A stretch of 64,000 bases of DNA, taken from the NCBI GenBank assembly GCA_016906335.1, contig JADEYG010000002.1:1488001-1552000 (forward strand). The letters run 5' to 3'. Below the pieces are notes generated by a model. It saw only the letters and a program-made list of their open reading frames with translations. It had not been told where the DNA came from and searched no databases. Source of the stretch: Novakomyces olei (lineage: Eukaryota). Position 1 is the first letter of the stretch. Every line of letters starts with the position of its first letter. Positions 10,170 to 22,156 of this stretch are shown here, in pieces. Made by a program: the position numbers and the translations under genes.

Positions 10170-13100
10170 TTATCGGCGCTGCCGGTAGAAGAGAATATAC
10201 GCTGCACTGGGCTGGCTGTTAGACAGTATAAAACAATGTACGCTTACATCCAACTCGGACTCCTTGATCCGATATATCCGTGAGTCGTCATACGCAAACC
10301 ACCCCTCTGTATCGCGAATATGAGCAGTATCTATTGTTAGCACAAAGTACAAATAATGATGATTGTTATATAGTGTATCCCTTACAGTGCCCGCCTTCCA
10401 TGGTCCCATAGTGGTTGACCACGGCAAACAAATCGTAGCGCACGCCTAAAGCATCCGGTATCCCCGGCATAACGCACTGGTCGACACTCAGATCGTGGAG
10501 GGGAAAGGGTACACGAGTATTAAGTTTGTCGTGGTAATTGCCCAGTGCTCGGAACCGTTTCAAATGCACTACAAGCACAGGTGGGAGCCGTGAAATTTTA
10601 ATGCTCTTTGTAGCTTCCACCCGTAATTTACAGCGGGAACAGTGCCAGGCATTGTCTCCCGAGAGCAATTCTTCTCTGGCAAACTCCCCCACACAGGCAG
10701 ACAGCGAATGGCCCGACTGGATGGGCAATGACAAATATCCAAGTGGCGTGTAAGTAGTAGACTGCACTCCACACCGGCGGCACTGCAATCGGCTGGCATA
10801 CTGACCCTGGAACTCATCGACCACGATTGAAGCGCTTCTGTGAGTGTACCTGACCCATTCAATCTGCGCTACCTTTTGAGGATCCATTCTTTCTCTATGA
10901 GCTTCTTCCCCAGCAGACAGCTCTCGCAAACGGCTACGGGCAGCTGCCTTGTTCAAGTCTTCATGTATCCCATCCAGGAAAAAGGCTAAAAACTCTAGAG
11001 CATCCTGCTGGTCTCGATCACGGAACCGTGGCTGGACTCGGCCCACTACTGCACGGAACTGGTCTGGGCTGATTGCCGAGTGCCTACTGTCCTGCAGCGA
11101 TCTGACCAGCAGGTACCACGCATTAACAAGCATGCCTTTAGTGCCCAGCGGGTTTGCCGGGTTCACATCGGCCGTGTACTTGCTCGAAATAAAATAGTCT
11201 ACTAGTTCGGGGACAGCGTTGAGGCACTGCAGAACAGAGTTCATGTAGCATGTATTGCCCAGGTTCCTCATGCCCACTTTGACCTTGGGAAGGAGCGGGA
11301 CGGATCGGGAGACGGGCCTTGAGTCCAAGGCCGGAGGCGACGGTGTATACTGACAAGAGTAGTTTAATTCAGGAGCAAGTGAAGCGTACTCTTTACAAGG
11401 AGAGCCTGCTCTTGACATTGACCCTCTTGACATTGACTCTCTTGACATTGACTCTCTTGGCATTGACACGGCTGTTGACGGTCTTTGCGGGTACGTAAAG
11501 GCACTATTCGCTGGGCAGGAAGCTGTGCCATTCAATGCCGGGCCAGAGGCGACAAGGGAGCCGGGGGCATTGGCCAGTGGCGGAGAAGGCTTTAGTATGG
11601 CCGAGCTTGTGCTTGGCCTCTGAGCACTATAATCAATACGGCCATCACGCAAAGGACCCGAGTTTGAGCGGTGCCCTTGTTCAGAGTAGAAAGAGTAGGG
11701 TTTCGCTTTTGCCTCTGGCCGTCCGGGGGCAGAGCGATTCGGATGGCCCCACGAGCTGGCCGATCCCAAGTCTGGTGAAGCGCTGAGGCTAAAGTCGGGA
11801 GACGCCGACTGGGAAGAAGCCGTCTGGAAGTAGTCGACAAAGGTACGTGGGTAGCCGAGTGGGGACTTTGCTGATTTCATGTCCAAATTGGCCGCTGACT
11901 GCCTTGACTGATGGCTCTGATTCGGAGATGCAACTGCCGAGACTGCATTTGTGCTAGCGGAATTATAGTCATTATTGCCATTGCCATTGCCATTGCCATT
12001 GCCATTCTCATAGAGCTCTCGTTCACGTATTAAGCCCTCCAGCCACTGGCGCTCCTCCTCCTCGTCGATGTTGATTGAGGCTGCTTGAGCTTCAGCCGTA
12101 TTGCTGTCCGACCAAGGCAGTACCCTTGCCCTGGGAGCTGGGGTTCTGGTCTGTGGTGCTTGGTCAACGCTTTGCCTTAACAGCTGCTTCCAGGCAAAAA
12201 GCCCCCCTTTCAGTATGAGCGGCCGACGACGTAAAGGCGTTTCCCACTCGCTCGGGCTGTAGAGCGCTTGTATTAGGATCCTCATTGTTGAGGTCTCGTT
12301 TGCACTAGAGTCGTCATAGACTACGACCAGATCAAACAGCGCTTTGCTTTTAAACAGCTTTTGCTCATGCGACGGAGAGAGCACAAGCGCGTCCTGGAGC
12401 AGAGCCCATGTAGAGCCGGGCCTCAGTATTATTGGGTCCACACATACACTATTGCGGTCCATCAGGCGCTCCACGGCATAAGCACTGCGACTACGCACGT
12501 CAATCAGCAATACTGAAATTTGTGCTGCGAAATGGTCGAACAAGGTGTACAGCAGCCCTGGCTCAATCAGCGTCTGGTCAGGGTTTATAAGCTCCAGCGG
12601 ATTGCGGTCATCTCCCGTATCAGACCTCTGTGTATGAGACTCTGATAGGGAGGCAGGCACGGGCGCCGACCGGGGCAGCTGTGCTTTAAGCGTGTCACGC
12701 GTCCGTTCCAGCCAAGCAATCCGGTCTCGTAACAGCTTCAAATTAGTATTATGGTCTTGCCTAGTAACAAGGTATAGTAATGGTCAACCAATCCGTTTCC
12801 ATCAGTTCAAGACACAGCATAGATAAAGATAAGGACACGGTTTGGATTTTGTGAAATAAAAATATGAAAACAAGACTAAGAAAACAAGACTATGAAAACA
12901 AGACGAAGAAAACAAGACTAAGAAATACAGTCAAATGGAAAGAAAAGTCGCCATACATTCTTGTATTGTCTATACTCTGCCCATTCGGCCGTTTTGTGTG
13001 CCTTGGCCGCCGCGAAGTCTGGGTGAAAAGGGATCACTACAATGTATCAGCCTGCTCTGTTCATCATGTAAAACTTTTGTTTTTTTTTGTTTTATTCACT

Positions 13101-13562
13101 TTTTCGTTATTTTGTTTTATTTTATTTTTTCAATTATTTTTAATTATTTTTATTCCGTTTTTATTCTTTGTCATTCATTTTTTCTCGCTTGTCCATCAAT
13201 TTTTATTTGATTTCATTCCAGCCCTTACCATCGACTACAAGCACAAGACATTTTTGATGGTTTATGAACGCTTGCGTAACATCCCCCTCTGCCTCAGCAA
13301 ACAGTCCCTGCCACGGTTAGTACAAAAGATGCAGCAAGGATAGCGGTACTTCGGCCCACATGTGAGCAAGAGACCGTAAAAACTGCCGCAAGGAGTACGT
13401 CCAGTCTTTTAGTTTTGCTTGGTTCGAGATGCGGATAACCTCGTCGTACGTGTAAGAGGCATAACGCTGAGCGCCCTTGGCGGTTTCCTGAAACTGTGCA
13501 TCCGAAACCTGTGTGGCAGACCCGCCAGACGCGGCGGGCACACTGCGCTCAAATCCAGGCAT
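10170..13562 (-). CDS. DOA4: Ubiquitin-specific protease of the Doa4/USP8 type (N-terminal helical domain, rhodanese-like domain, C19 peptidase), 6 exons
   Basis: Exons 13562-13350, 13307-13229, 13036-12957, 12735-10386, 10330-10248, 10211-10170, with consistent phases. Rhodanese-like LLIDVRSRSAY...LILKGG. Cys box GMRNLGNTCYMNSVLQCL, QQDALEF, His box HYGTMEGGH|YTA, AYILFY. Confidence 0.88.
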
Positions 13563-14351
13563 ACTACGCTAAACCTACTGCTCATTCATACTGCAAAATC
13601 GGCTCCTCTCACGTGGCTAAATGTTGCACAAAAGCCGAGTTGGCGGACGGTGCTAGTCGTGCTTGGCGGTCATTTTGTTTGAGAACGGTATTTATTGTAT
13701 GGCAAAATGTATAGAGGAAATTTAGTATAGCTACATAATTGTGGAATATTTAATTGTAATTCATTCGTGGACCATAATTATACAATATAATTGTGGACTT
13801 ATATAATATAATTGCAGACTATATAATTATACAATTTATTCGTAGACTATAATCACAAAATACATCGTACAAAGATAAATATGGCACACGTACTACGCGT
13901 TCTGCTAAAGACGATTTGCGATTATTATGGTTTGATACAGGGATAAAATAACCAAAAAACAGGTCATTATGGCAAGGCGACCGCGCTTGTACAGTTGCTC
14001 AACCTATTTAATCACATACTCGAAATTCCTTTATTACTCCAATAGTTCTTTTAGTTTACTAGATAAAAGCACAGAGAACCACATTTTCTGCGCAATTCCT
14101 ACGAGGATGATCACACTCACAGATGCATGCAATCTCAACAAACAAATTCAGAGACGTGCTTATTTCCAGATGTATAAATGATATAGTATTTTGATGCTAT
14201 TAGACAATCGGTCTTGCAACGGCTCGCCGTAGCTCTTCACGGCTTTCAATATCAAAAGTGCTCACTATTGAACGCAAGTGGACCAATCGTACGGTCGATA
14301 CGCAAGACAAGACTTTGTAATTCTCCTGTCACCTTGAACCCGCCCTTTGTA

Positions 14352-15878
14352 CTATCGCCAGGGATTCGCGTCTACAAAAACATCATCGTCAAATAAAGAT
14401 TTAGATGCGGCCGTTGCTGGAGCTGGAGTCGCAGAAACAGGCGTACCCCGGTGAGACTCAAAGGCACCAAACTCGTCGTCGTCTCCTCCGGCAGAGCTTC
14501 CATTCCCACCAAAATCAAAGCCTACCGGAGCATTAGTCACGCGTGGAGGAAACGAGGCAGTCGGCAAAGATGATTCTACCGGAATTTTTCGGGCAGACGG
14601 GAAAGTTTCTGCTGGCCTGGAAGCAGGAGACGGCGCTGAATAACCCGGATTGCTTGCTGTAACGGATGATGACCTGTTACTGCTGAGCGAGGAGATGGAA
14701 AACCCGCCAAAAGCAGAAGAGACATTGTCCAGCGCTGAGCTAGCGCCTGAGCCTTGAGCTTGCGGCCGTGCTGTCGGCTGTACAGACGAGACTGATGAGG
14801 AGACAGATGATATAGAGGGCGTCGCTTGCTGAGGCGGAGAAGCATACAAGGACATGATGGATGATTTCAAGTCGTTGCGAGACGGTTGCCTTACGTTTCC
14901 GGATGATGAACTTGCCGGCCGGCTTTGCCCAGAGTATTGCAAAGAAGTTGTCGCCAAAGGAGCAGTTTGCGATCTTGCTGAGGAAGACATTGGCGCATTA
15001 AAATCAATGCCAAGTAGAGAGTCTCTGCTCAAGGATGCTTCACTTGGACGTACAGCCGTAGGAGCTGCCACTGGACGTGGAGCAACGGTCTCCGTCCTGT
15101 TGGAGGCAGATTCTCCCAGCAAATCTGATGATTGTGGTTCTGACTTCTCCTGCGGTATTAGCATTGCGATAACATAAAAATAAAAAAATAAATAAATGAT
15201 TTATTAATCAATTAATGACAAATAAATAAATCACCAATCAATACCTTTTTCACGGTCTCCTTCTCTGGCTCACTATCACCAAGTGTCTCAGGATCCGGGA
15301 GTGTATCTTGCAAAACCCATTTACGCGTTTCGTATTTAGTTCGAATAAAATTCTCAATTTTGCTGTCCGGCGGAACGTGCCCTGTAGACAGGCGTGCTTC
15401 CCAGTACCTACTGTTAATACTTATAGCCAACAAGAGCCTTGCTCATACTTGTTTGCGCGAGCATTGCCCCAGCGTTGCATGTTTTGTGCTTGTTCATTGG
15501 TCCACGCGTCCAGATCGACAGATTTTACTTCAATCGTTGTCAGCAAATGATAAGACTAAATCACTTCGCAATACCTCTGCTGATATGCACGCCCATACTA
15601 CGATGAATCCCAGAGCACCTTAAATATTAGTCAATGTCAAATTCTATTTGCCAAGCCCAAATTGGATTCGTCAAAGGGAACAAATGCAAAAAGGAGGGAT
15701 CAAAACTCTCGCGAACTTACCGAATGCATATAAAAACACCAAGCGTCCATGAAGCCCAGCGTGGATGATCATTGCGCTTGCAATCGGCACAATGCTTGTT
15801 TTCCGGCTGCCTTAGCAGCGCCTTTATAATGGCCGCATTGCGCTCCGTATTGTCCGTAGTCTTGCGCGGAGGCGGCAT
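14352..15878 (-). CDS. Arf GTPase-activating protein (Age2/SMAP-like), 5 exons
   Basis: Exons 15878-15721, 15618-15575, 15527-15449, 15407-15245, 15149-14352. ArfGAP zinc finger NKHCADCKRNDHPRWASWTLGVFICIR|CSGIHRSMGVHISR|VKSVDLDAW, then IENFIRTKYE. Tail motifs DDDEFGAF and NPW. Confidence 0.92.
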
Positions 15879-16491
15879 ATTAACGGAGAGGCATGTATCG
15901 AATTATTGACAATATTGTATTTATTCAACCTGGATCTCTTAATTTTGAGGTCTCGAATGAATCATACTAAATAAATATAAATATAAATATAATATATTAT
16001 ATATTATATATCATATGACGCGTACGAGAAATCCGGTCGCTTCTGCTTTTATAGATCCATCCTTATATGTCTAATAGTATTGCCAAAGATTAGAGAAGTA
16101 ATTGAATTTTATAATGTGTTGAGATGCTCACGTTGTTCCACTCGATCTCTTTGCCATAATTACCAGAAAACTGTGAGTATAGGCTTTTATTGAGTCAATC
16201 TACTAGCACTACAATTGTTTACCCACAAGCAGCTATGTATATACATTGCCTAGCCAGGCATGGTCAAAAGACGGCAAACATGATCCATTTGCTTTGATTA
16301 ATGCAATTTGTTATATGCTAACGCAGTCACTGGCTTGACTGCCACTTCCACTCATTACCCACCACTAAGAACACGTCCAATGTGCCTCGAACATTAATAA
16401 AAGAAAAACGAAGGACCAAATTAAATATCAAAAATAATATGAATATTATAAAGAAATAATGTAAAATAAATCAAAGCAGCTGTGTCCTAAA

Positions 16492-18231
16492 TTACAAGTG
16501 GACATCGCTCAGCTCATACAGCTCGGAAACTGTTTCAGACAATCCCCTTCGCTCGCCCGCTGAATAGTGCAAAGCGTGAACCAGCAATTGCGTATTATTC
16601 GGGTCGATGTTGCAAGCAGCTGCTTCTTTGAGCAGCCAGCCAAGGTACTCATGTAAACGTGCTACTCCGCGTCCACTGAATACACAGAAAATAGCTTCCT
16701 GAGTCGGGTTGAATTCCTTTGGTGAAGGCCGGCAAAACTGCCGTACATCTGGCCGCATGAAAGCATGAACCCCCGTAAGACTAATATGCGTTAGGTGGGG
16801 ACAGCATTCTAGTAGCATGTATATAGCGCCCAGCGATATAGTTGCACAATAAGACAAGTGTGCTCTTTCCAGTGTAGCACTGCAATTCCGAGCCAACAAA
16901 AGAACAGAAGTATCTGTGATCCTAGTGCATTTCACCAGGCCAATGCGACGGATTTTGGGCAATTTTGCCAAGTATCGTACACTCTCATCCGATATTTGAG
17001 TACAGCAGCCCAGATCGATATAGCGGATACGTGTGCACGACTGCGATAGGGCAATAATGCTCCTGTCCGTTACTTGGTCACAGTGACCAAGGTGTAAAAA
17101 ATGCAAAACTCCAGCGAGCTGGCAAATGTGTGCTACTCCAGCCTCTGTAATACGACTGCACTTTGCCAGTACTAAATTGCGTAGCTTTGGGGCTCCATAC
17201 GCAATAGACTCAACGGCAGAGTCTGTCAAGTTCAAACAGCCCGCCAAGTCGAGTATCCGTAATGTATGATGCTGTTGTGGCCGTAGTAAACGGAACACTG
17301 CATCGGTAACTCCTAGAGCAAACCCTAGTCTTAGCTCGCGCATGTGCCTGCTTTGCTTTAGCACAGCACTCACACTGCAGTCAGTGAGCTGAGTACAACC
17401 TTCAGCATCGAGCTCAAGCAAATGAGGGCAGTTTTCGGCCAGAGCAATTACAGAGACGTCAGTCAGACGAGTACAGTACCCTATCCTCATCCTCCTGAGC
17501 TGCCGACAGCCTTGTGCAAAGGGCACAAGAGCTGCGTCAGTAACATTGGCGCATTGTGATATATTTAGGCCCTGTAGAAGCGAATTGTAGCGGGCTATAG
17601 CCAGCACTGTTGTGTCTGTAATTGACGTGAGTCCACCAAGGTCAATAGCGTGCAGCCTGGGGTTTTGTTCAATCATTTGTACCAACTCTTTGTCCCCGAG
17701 GCCAGTACAGCCCATCAGAGTAATGCGCTCCAAGTTGTGGCATTTTTGTAGCCGAACAAAGGCAGCTGCTGACAGACTAGGGCCGATCAGGGACAGGTTT
17801 AGTCGGCGAATGTAGTCCGCCAGAAAGGGCCGGCGCTGTGTCTCCAAGACTTCAAGTAAAAGGTCTAGTTGGCTGGCTGAAAACAGGACAGGTCGGTGCC
17901 AGAGTAAAAGCTCAGCTACACCAGACCAGGATTTACACACTTGAGAGCATGAGACGAGATCACGGACATTGCAAAGGTTCCCGAGGATATGGAAAATGAT
18001 CTCGCGAGGCAGGTGGACAGCCGCCACGTCTGACCCGCTGCAAGCCAATAGATTTGTATCAGCAGCGGCGGCAGATTCACCGCAAATGTCAACACGGCTC
18101 AATGACGAAAGGCGACTGTCGTCCTTGGCATCGCTGAGCTTTTCAACTGTATCGTCTGAGGACTTTTCCGACGATTCGGAGTCGGATTCAAGTGGCCGGC
18201 TTGACCGTTTGCGCCAGCTTGATAGGGACAT
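16492..18231 (-). CDS. GRR1: F-box/LRR SCF substrate adaptor (Grr1/Pof2 family)
   Basis: F-box LPREIIFHILGNL...VCKSW, cysteine-containing LRRs, and Grr1-type C-terminus HLTHISLTGV...FCRPSPKEFNPTQEAIFCVFSG. Confidence 0.88.
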   Translation of the reverse strand: MSLSSWRKRSSRPLESDSESSEKSSDDTVEKLSDAKDDSRLSSLSRVDICGESAAAADTNLLACSGSDVAAVHLPREIIFHILGNLCNVRDLVSCSQVCKSWSGVAELLLWHRPVLFSASQLDLLLEVLETQRRPFLADYIRRLNLSLIGPSLSAAAFVRLQKCHNLERITLMGCTGLGDKELVQMIEQNPRLHAIDLGGLTSITDTTVLAIARYNSLLQGLNISQCANVTDAALVPFAQGCRQLRRMRIGYCTRLTDVSVIALAENCPHLLELDAEGCTQLTDCSVSAVLKQSRHMRELRLGFALGVTDAVFRLLRPQQHHTLRILDLAGCLNLTDSAVESIAYGAPKLRNLVLAKCSRITEAGVAHICQLAGVLHFLHLGHCDQVTDRSIIALSQSCTRIRYIDLGCCTQISDESVRYLAKLPKIRRIGLVKCTRITDTSVLLLARNCSATLERAHLSYCATISLGAIYMLLECCPHLTHISLTGVHAFMRPDVRQFCRPSPKEFNPTQEAIFCVFSGRGVARLHEYLGWLLKEAAACNIDPNNTQLLVHALHYSAGERRGLSETVSELYELSDVHL

Positions 18232-19260
18232 GAGTGGCGTGGGAGGAGAGGTGAAGGGGGAGCGTAGTGCGGCTCGAACAGAATGGGTATTTTAAAAAGG
18301 GGAAGAGGGCACAGTGCACAACTAGATAAAAAAGTAAAAAAAAATAGGAAAAAATGCCAGTTTCCTCTGCGATTATTGAATAAAGAAAGTCGGTTGTGAG
18401 GCCTTTAGAAATGCACGTCAACTCTAGAACTGCCTTGATCGTCCGACTCAAAAATTTAAGCCAGCAATACTCGATGGTAGAGTCAAAGTGCAGTAGCCTT
18501 CAGCGCCATCGCGGCAGAGACGAAGAGAGACAAGATTACGGAGGAACGACAGGCCGGAAATATTAGACGAGCAAGGGAGAGAGAATGCTTATGTGAAAAT
18601 GCTGCCAGCAAACAAAATGCCAACGCGGACAAATCAAAGCGTTTGTATGCTCGCAAGATTCTCGTATTTAGTAAGTAGACAATTCCGAGAAAATTAATGG
18701 ACCAGAATCCAGTTATCAAGAGGCACTCAGACCTTGTGCCGAGACCAGGATTCCGCTTATGGGAATTGACGCCAAACTGGTTACCGCACAGTGCAGATAA
18801 TATGAATATATAAAGCGCGCTCCTTCTCGATACGTGTTTGTTTCATGATTATTATAGCATCTTTGCCAGTATTTAATTATATTTAATTATATTTATTTAT
18901 TTTATTTTATTTATTTATTTATTTATTCATATTTATTTTTCATTAAATTGACAGTATCGTATCGTGCGCATCGTATCCAATGTGTGAGGTACGGCGCGCG
19001 TATCTGTCAATTGCATAGTATATATGAATTCTGGTATTTGCTAAATTACGGGACATCGCCCTTGTGGTATCACGATTATTTTAATTCACGACTTTTCAAA
19101 GACCGAACCGCGTACTGTGTTTGTATTCCTTTTGTATTTATACAGTCATTGCCAATAAGCCTTGTCCATCTTTCTATACTTTGACACGAACCGACCTTGA
19201 GTATATACCGTTTAGCGCATTGCACTCATCTTCCAAGGTGGGTCAGACGCAAACATTGTA

Positions 19261-19330
19261 TAGGGTTTTCTTTCTTTTATTATCACAATATTAACCCTAC
19301 TTAACCCTACTTAAAGCCTGGTTAACCCTT
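19261..19330 (+). promoter_or_regulatory. TTAACCCTAC tandem sites upstream of RBG1 (Tbf1/Teb1 or HomolE-like)
   Basis: ttaaccctacttaaccctac...gttaaccct lies ~90-125 bp before the ATG. An RRPE-like aaaaaattt is at ~19388-19396. Confidence 0.5.
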
Positions 19331-19414
19331 TTTTGCGCATACGTATATATTACTACAGTCAATCTTGTATGTCATTGTTGAACAACAAAAAAATTTGAGT
19401 TCACGTCCGGCATC

Positions 19415-20675
19415 ATGACGACGATAGAAAAGATCAAAGAGATTGAAGATGAAATGATAAGTCCCCCTTTTACGTGCTTAGCGTTTGAACTACATCATGC
19501 TGACATTTCTATACGCCAAGACCCAAAAGAATAAGGCCACGGCCAAACATTTGGGGATGCTAAAGGCCAAAATGGCAAAATTAAAGCGCGAACTAATAAC
19601 ACCACAATCGTCTGGAGGTGGTGGTGGAAGTAAGGCTGACTTTTCTTAATCCGTCTCCTGTCTCTTTAGTTTCAAGACGCACTCTAATCTATTTAGCTGG
19701 TTTTGATGTCGCTCGGACGGGTGTGGCCTCGGTTGGATTTATAGGGTTTCCTTCAGTGGGCAAGAGGTACATTGATTGTCTTTTGCTTCAGTTCTAATCT
19801 CTTGCAGTACACTGATGAGCAAACTTACCGGTACACATAGTGAACAGGCCGCATACGAGTTTACTACGCTCACTACTGTACCCGGCGTGCTCTATCACAA
19901 TGGCGCAAAGATCCAGATCCTTGACTTGCCAGGTATTATCGAAGGCGCCAAGGACGGAAAAGGACGTGGACGGCAGGTTATTGCTGCAGCTCGTACATGT
20001 AGCTTGATTTTCATCGTACTCGACGTTATGAAACCTTTAACGGACAAAAAAGTTATCGAAGACGAGCTGGATGGCTTCGGTATACGCCTGAACAAATCCC
20101 CACCAAACATTCTTTTTAGGCGGAAGGATAAAGGCGGTCTAAGTATCACAAACACTGTGCCCCTCACACATTTAGACTTTGACGAGATCCGTGTCGTGTG
20201 TCAGGAGTATAGAATAAACAGTGCTGATATTGCATTTCGATGCGACGCTACGGTGGATGAGCTTATCGATGTGCTGGAAGGCAATCGTATCTACATACCC
20301 GCCGTCTATGTCCTCAATAAGATTGATCAAATTTCCGTGCAGGAGCTGGACCTCATATATAAAATTCCTCATGCTGTGCCTGTGTGTGCAAACCACGAGT
20401 GGAATTTTGACGAATTACTGGAGACAATGTGGGACTACCTATATCTTGTTCGGGTTTATACAAAACCGCGCGGTTTGGCCCCGGATTACTCGGATCCTGT
20501 TGTGTTAAAGCGTAATAGGTGTACGGTGGAAGACTTTTGTAATGCTATTCACAGCAGCATCAAAGAGCAGTTCAAGCACGCTTATGTCTGGGGCAATAGT
20601 GTTCGCCATCAGTCGCAACGCGTGGGGTTAACCCATGTTCTACAAGATGAGGATGTTGTTACCATTGTTCGTTAG
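19415..20675 (+). CDS. RBG1: Ribosome-binding DRG-family GTPase Rbg1/DRG1, 4 exons, 364 aa
   Basis: Exons 19415-19456, 19515-19629, 19697-19766, 19808-20675 give [28 protein letters not shown]...[25 protein letters not shown]...YEFTTLT...DLPGII...NKID, followed by a TGS domain. Confidence 0.95.
19457..19514 (+). other. Non-canonical AT-AC spliceosomal intron (U2-type signals)
   Basis: Reads ATAAGT...GCTGAC-ATTTCTATAC. It is the only consensus-like junction I found that restores the conserved [13 protein letters not shown] frame. Confidence 0.85.
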
Positions 20676-22109
20676 GGTGGGCCGCATTCATTTACTAAAT
20701 TTATGGCAGTTTTTCTTTTAATTCACATAAAACATAAATTTAATTAATCCTGAATGTGTAAACGATTTGGAAATGTACAAGGCCGATGTAAATTGTTGAT
20801 TGTGAATCTACGACCGCCTCTTCCACTCTCTATTGCGATGAACCTGTAACATTTTTGAGCCTCATTGGTAAAAGTATGATTACGATTGAGATAAAGTAAG
20901 TCAAGTTGCTTACAGTCTTACTTAATTAGTTACTTATGGTACGGCCAAAATTATTTTTGTCTCTTATGTATCTTTAATACTTAAAGTAATCTTATGCCGG
21001 ATATATCATATTCGCCATGAAATTAGTGTAATAAGAAGGGCAATCATTCAGGTCGGCGCACGGAAGCTTCACGCATGACCTTTGACCGAATTTCGCAAAG
21101 TGCCGAGTTGGCGTAGAAAAAAATTTCAAGATAGAAGGCTCAACTCGTCTACCCGTATCAGGCTGCAAGCGCCGTCTTCCTGATAAAGATAGGTCCAGCG
21201 ACCCAAGGGGTGTTCAATGCATCTCATTGGCTGGAGAAAAGTTTTTACGTGGGTAAGTTGTTAATTAAGTATTGTGGGGCATCCCACGTTTCTTATATAT
21301 TGCTTACGTAAATAGCATTCTCCTATCGCCGAAAGTCGTAGTTGTGAGCGATAACTACATAAATCCTATCAACGTTGTAAAATTAGAAAATATCACTTGG
21401 GATAAATTTATAGTGGAGAGATTGTGTCCTGCGTGCGTTACAATAAAAATTGTCGGAAATTCAATGATTTGTCCTCAGCCGTATATCCATCGGCTATGCT
21501 TTCAAGGCCTTGCCTTTAAGAATCTGATTTTATTCGATCCGAGAAAGTGTATTCTGAAATTTCCAACGTAGTGTGAAAAATTTACATCCATTAAAATATT
21601 AGAGCTTCAGCTTGCTCAGAACACGGAATTCGTACATACTCAAACTGCCAGAGTAAAAGCGGGAATCAATGACGCACGGCTGCTATGCAATATACCCACT
21701 AGCTGAGTCGGGTGAGCAAGATAAGGACAATGGGCTAAGGGCTATAATAGAATTAGGGCTTATTATCTAAAGTCTGCGGGCGAGGCGCTAAAGGTGTCGG
21801 CTGTCAGTGTTTTAGACAGCGAATCAGACTCGGCGAATAGTATTACACAGGCGCCGAAAAGGTTGGGTAAATCTTTGCGTAAGAAACAGCGTCAATAAAA
21901 GGTATATCCAACTAACACAGGATAAAAGCATATCGTCAGTAAAAATGATTATGTAATGTAGCGAAGTGTAGATGAGAGCCAATGAATGAACGTGAGCGGT
22001 CCGACCGTGGGTTCATACTTTGTCGTGCAGGGAAGGCATGACAGGTGACATGGCAAACCTGAGATTGTCTCTAAAATCGTCGGCACATTTTGCTAATTAA
22101 ACATACAGA

Positions 22110-22156
22110 TAATAGACTAATAGACTAATAGACTAATAGACTAATAGACTAATAGA
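22110..22156. repeat. (TAATAGAC)n microsatellite, ~6 copies
   Basis: Directly visible. Confidence 0.9.

Noticed and set aside
19457-19514. U12-type (minor spliceosome) assignment for the AT-AC intron
   Set aside because: It lacks the ATATCCTT donor and TCCTTAAC branch consensus. Its signals are U2-like.
19808-19830. Alternative genetic code (CUG reassignment)
   Set aside because: CTG falls at a conserved Leu in Rbg1, and the conserved genes contain no in-frame stops after splicing.
21945-22062. Box C/D-like ATGATTA...CTGA segment
   Set aside because: Imperfect box C and no convincing antisense guide next to a D or D' box.
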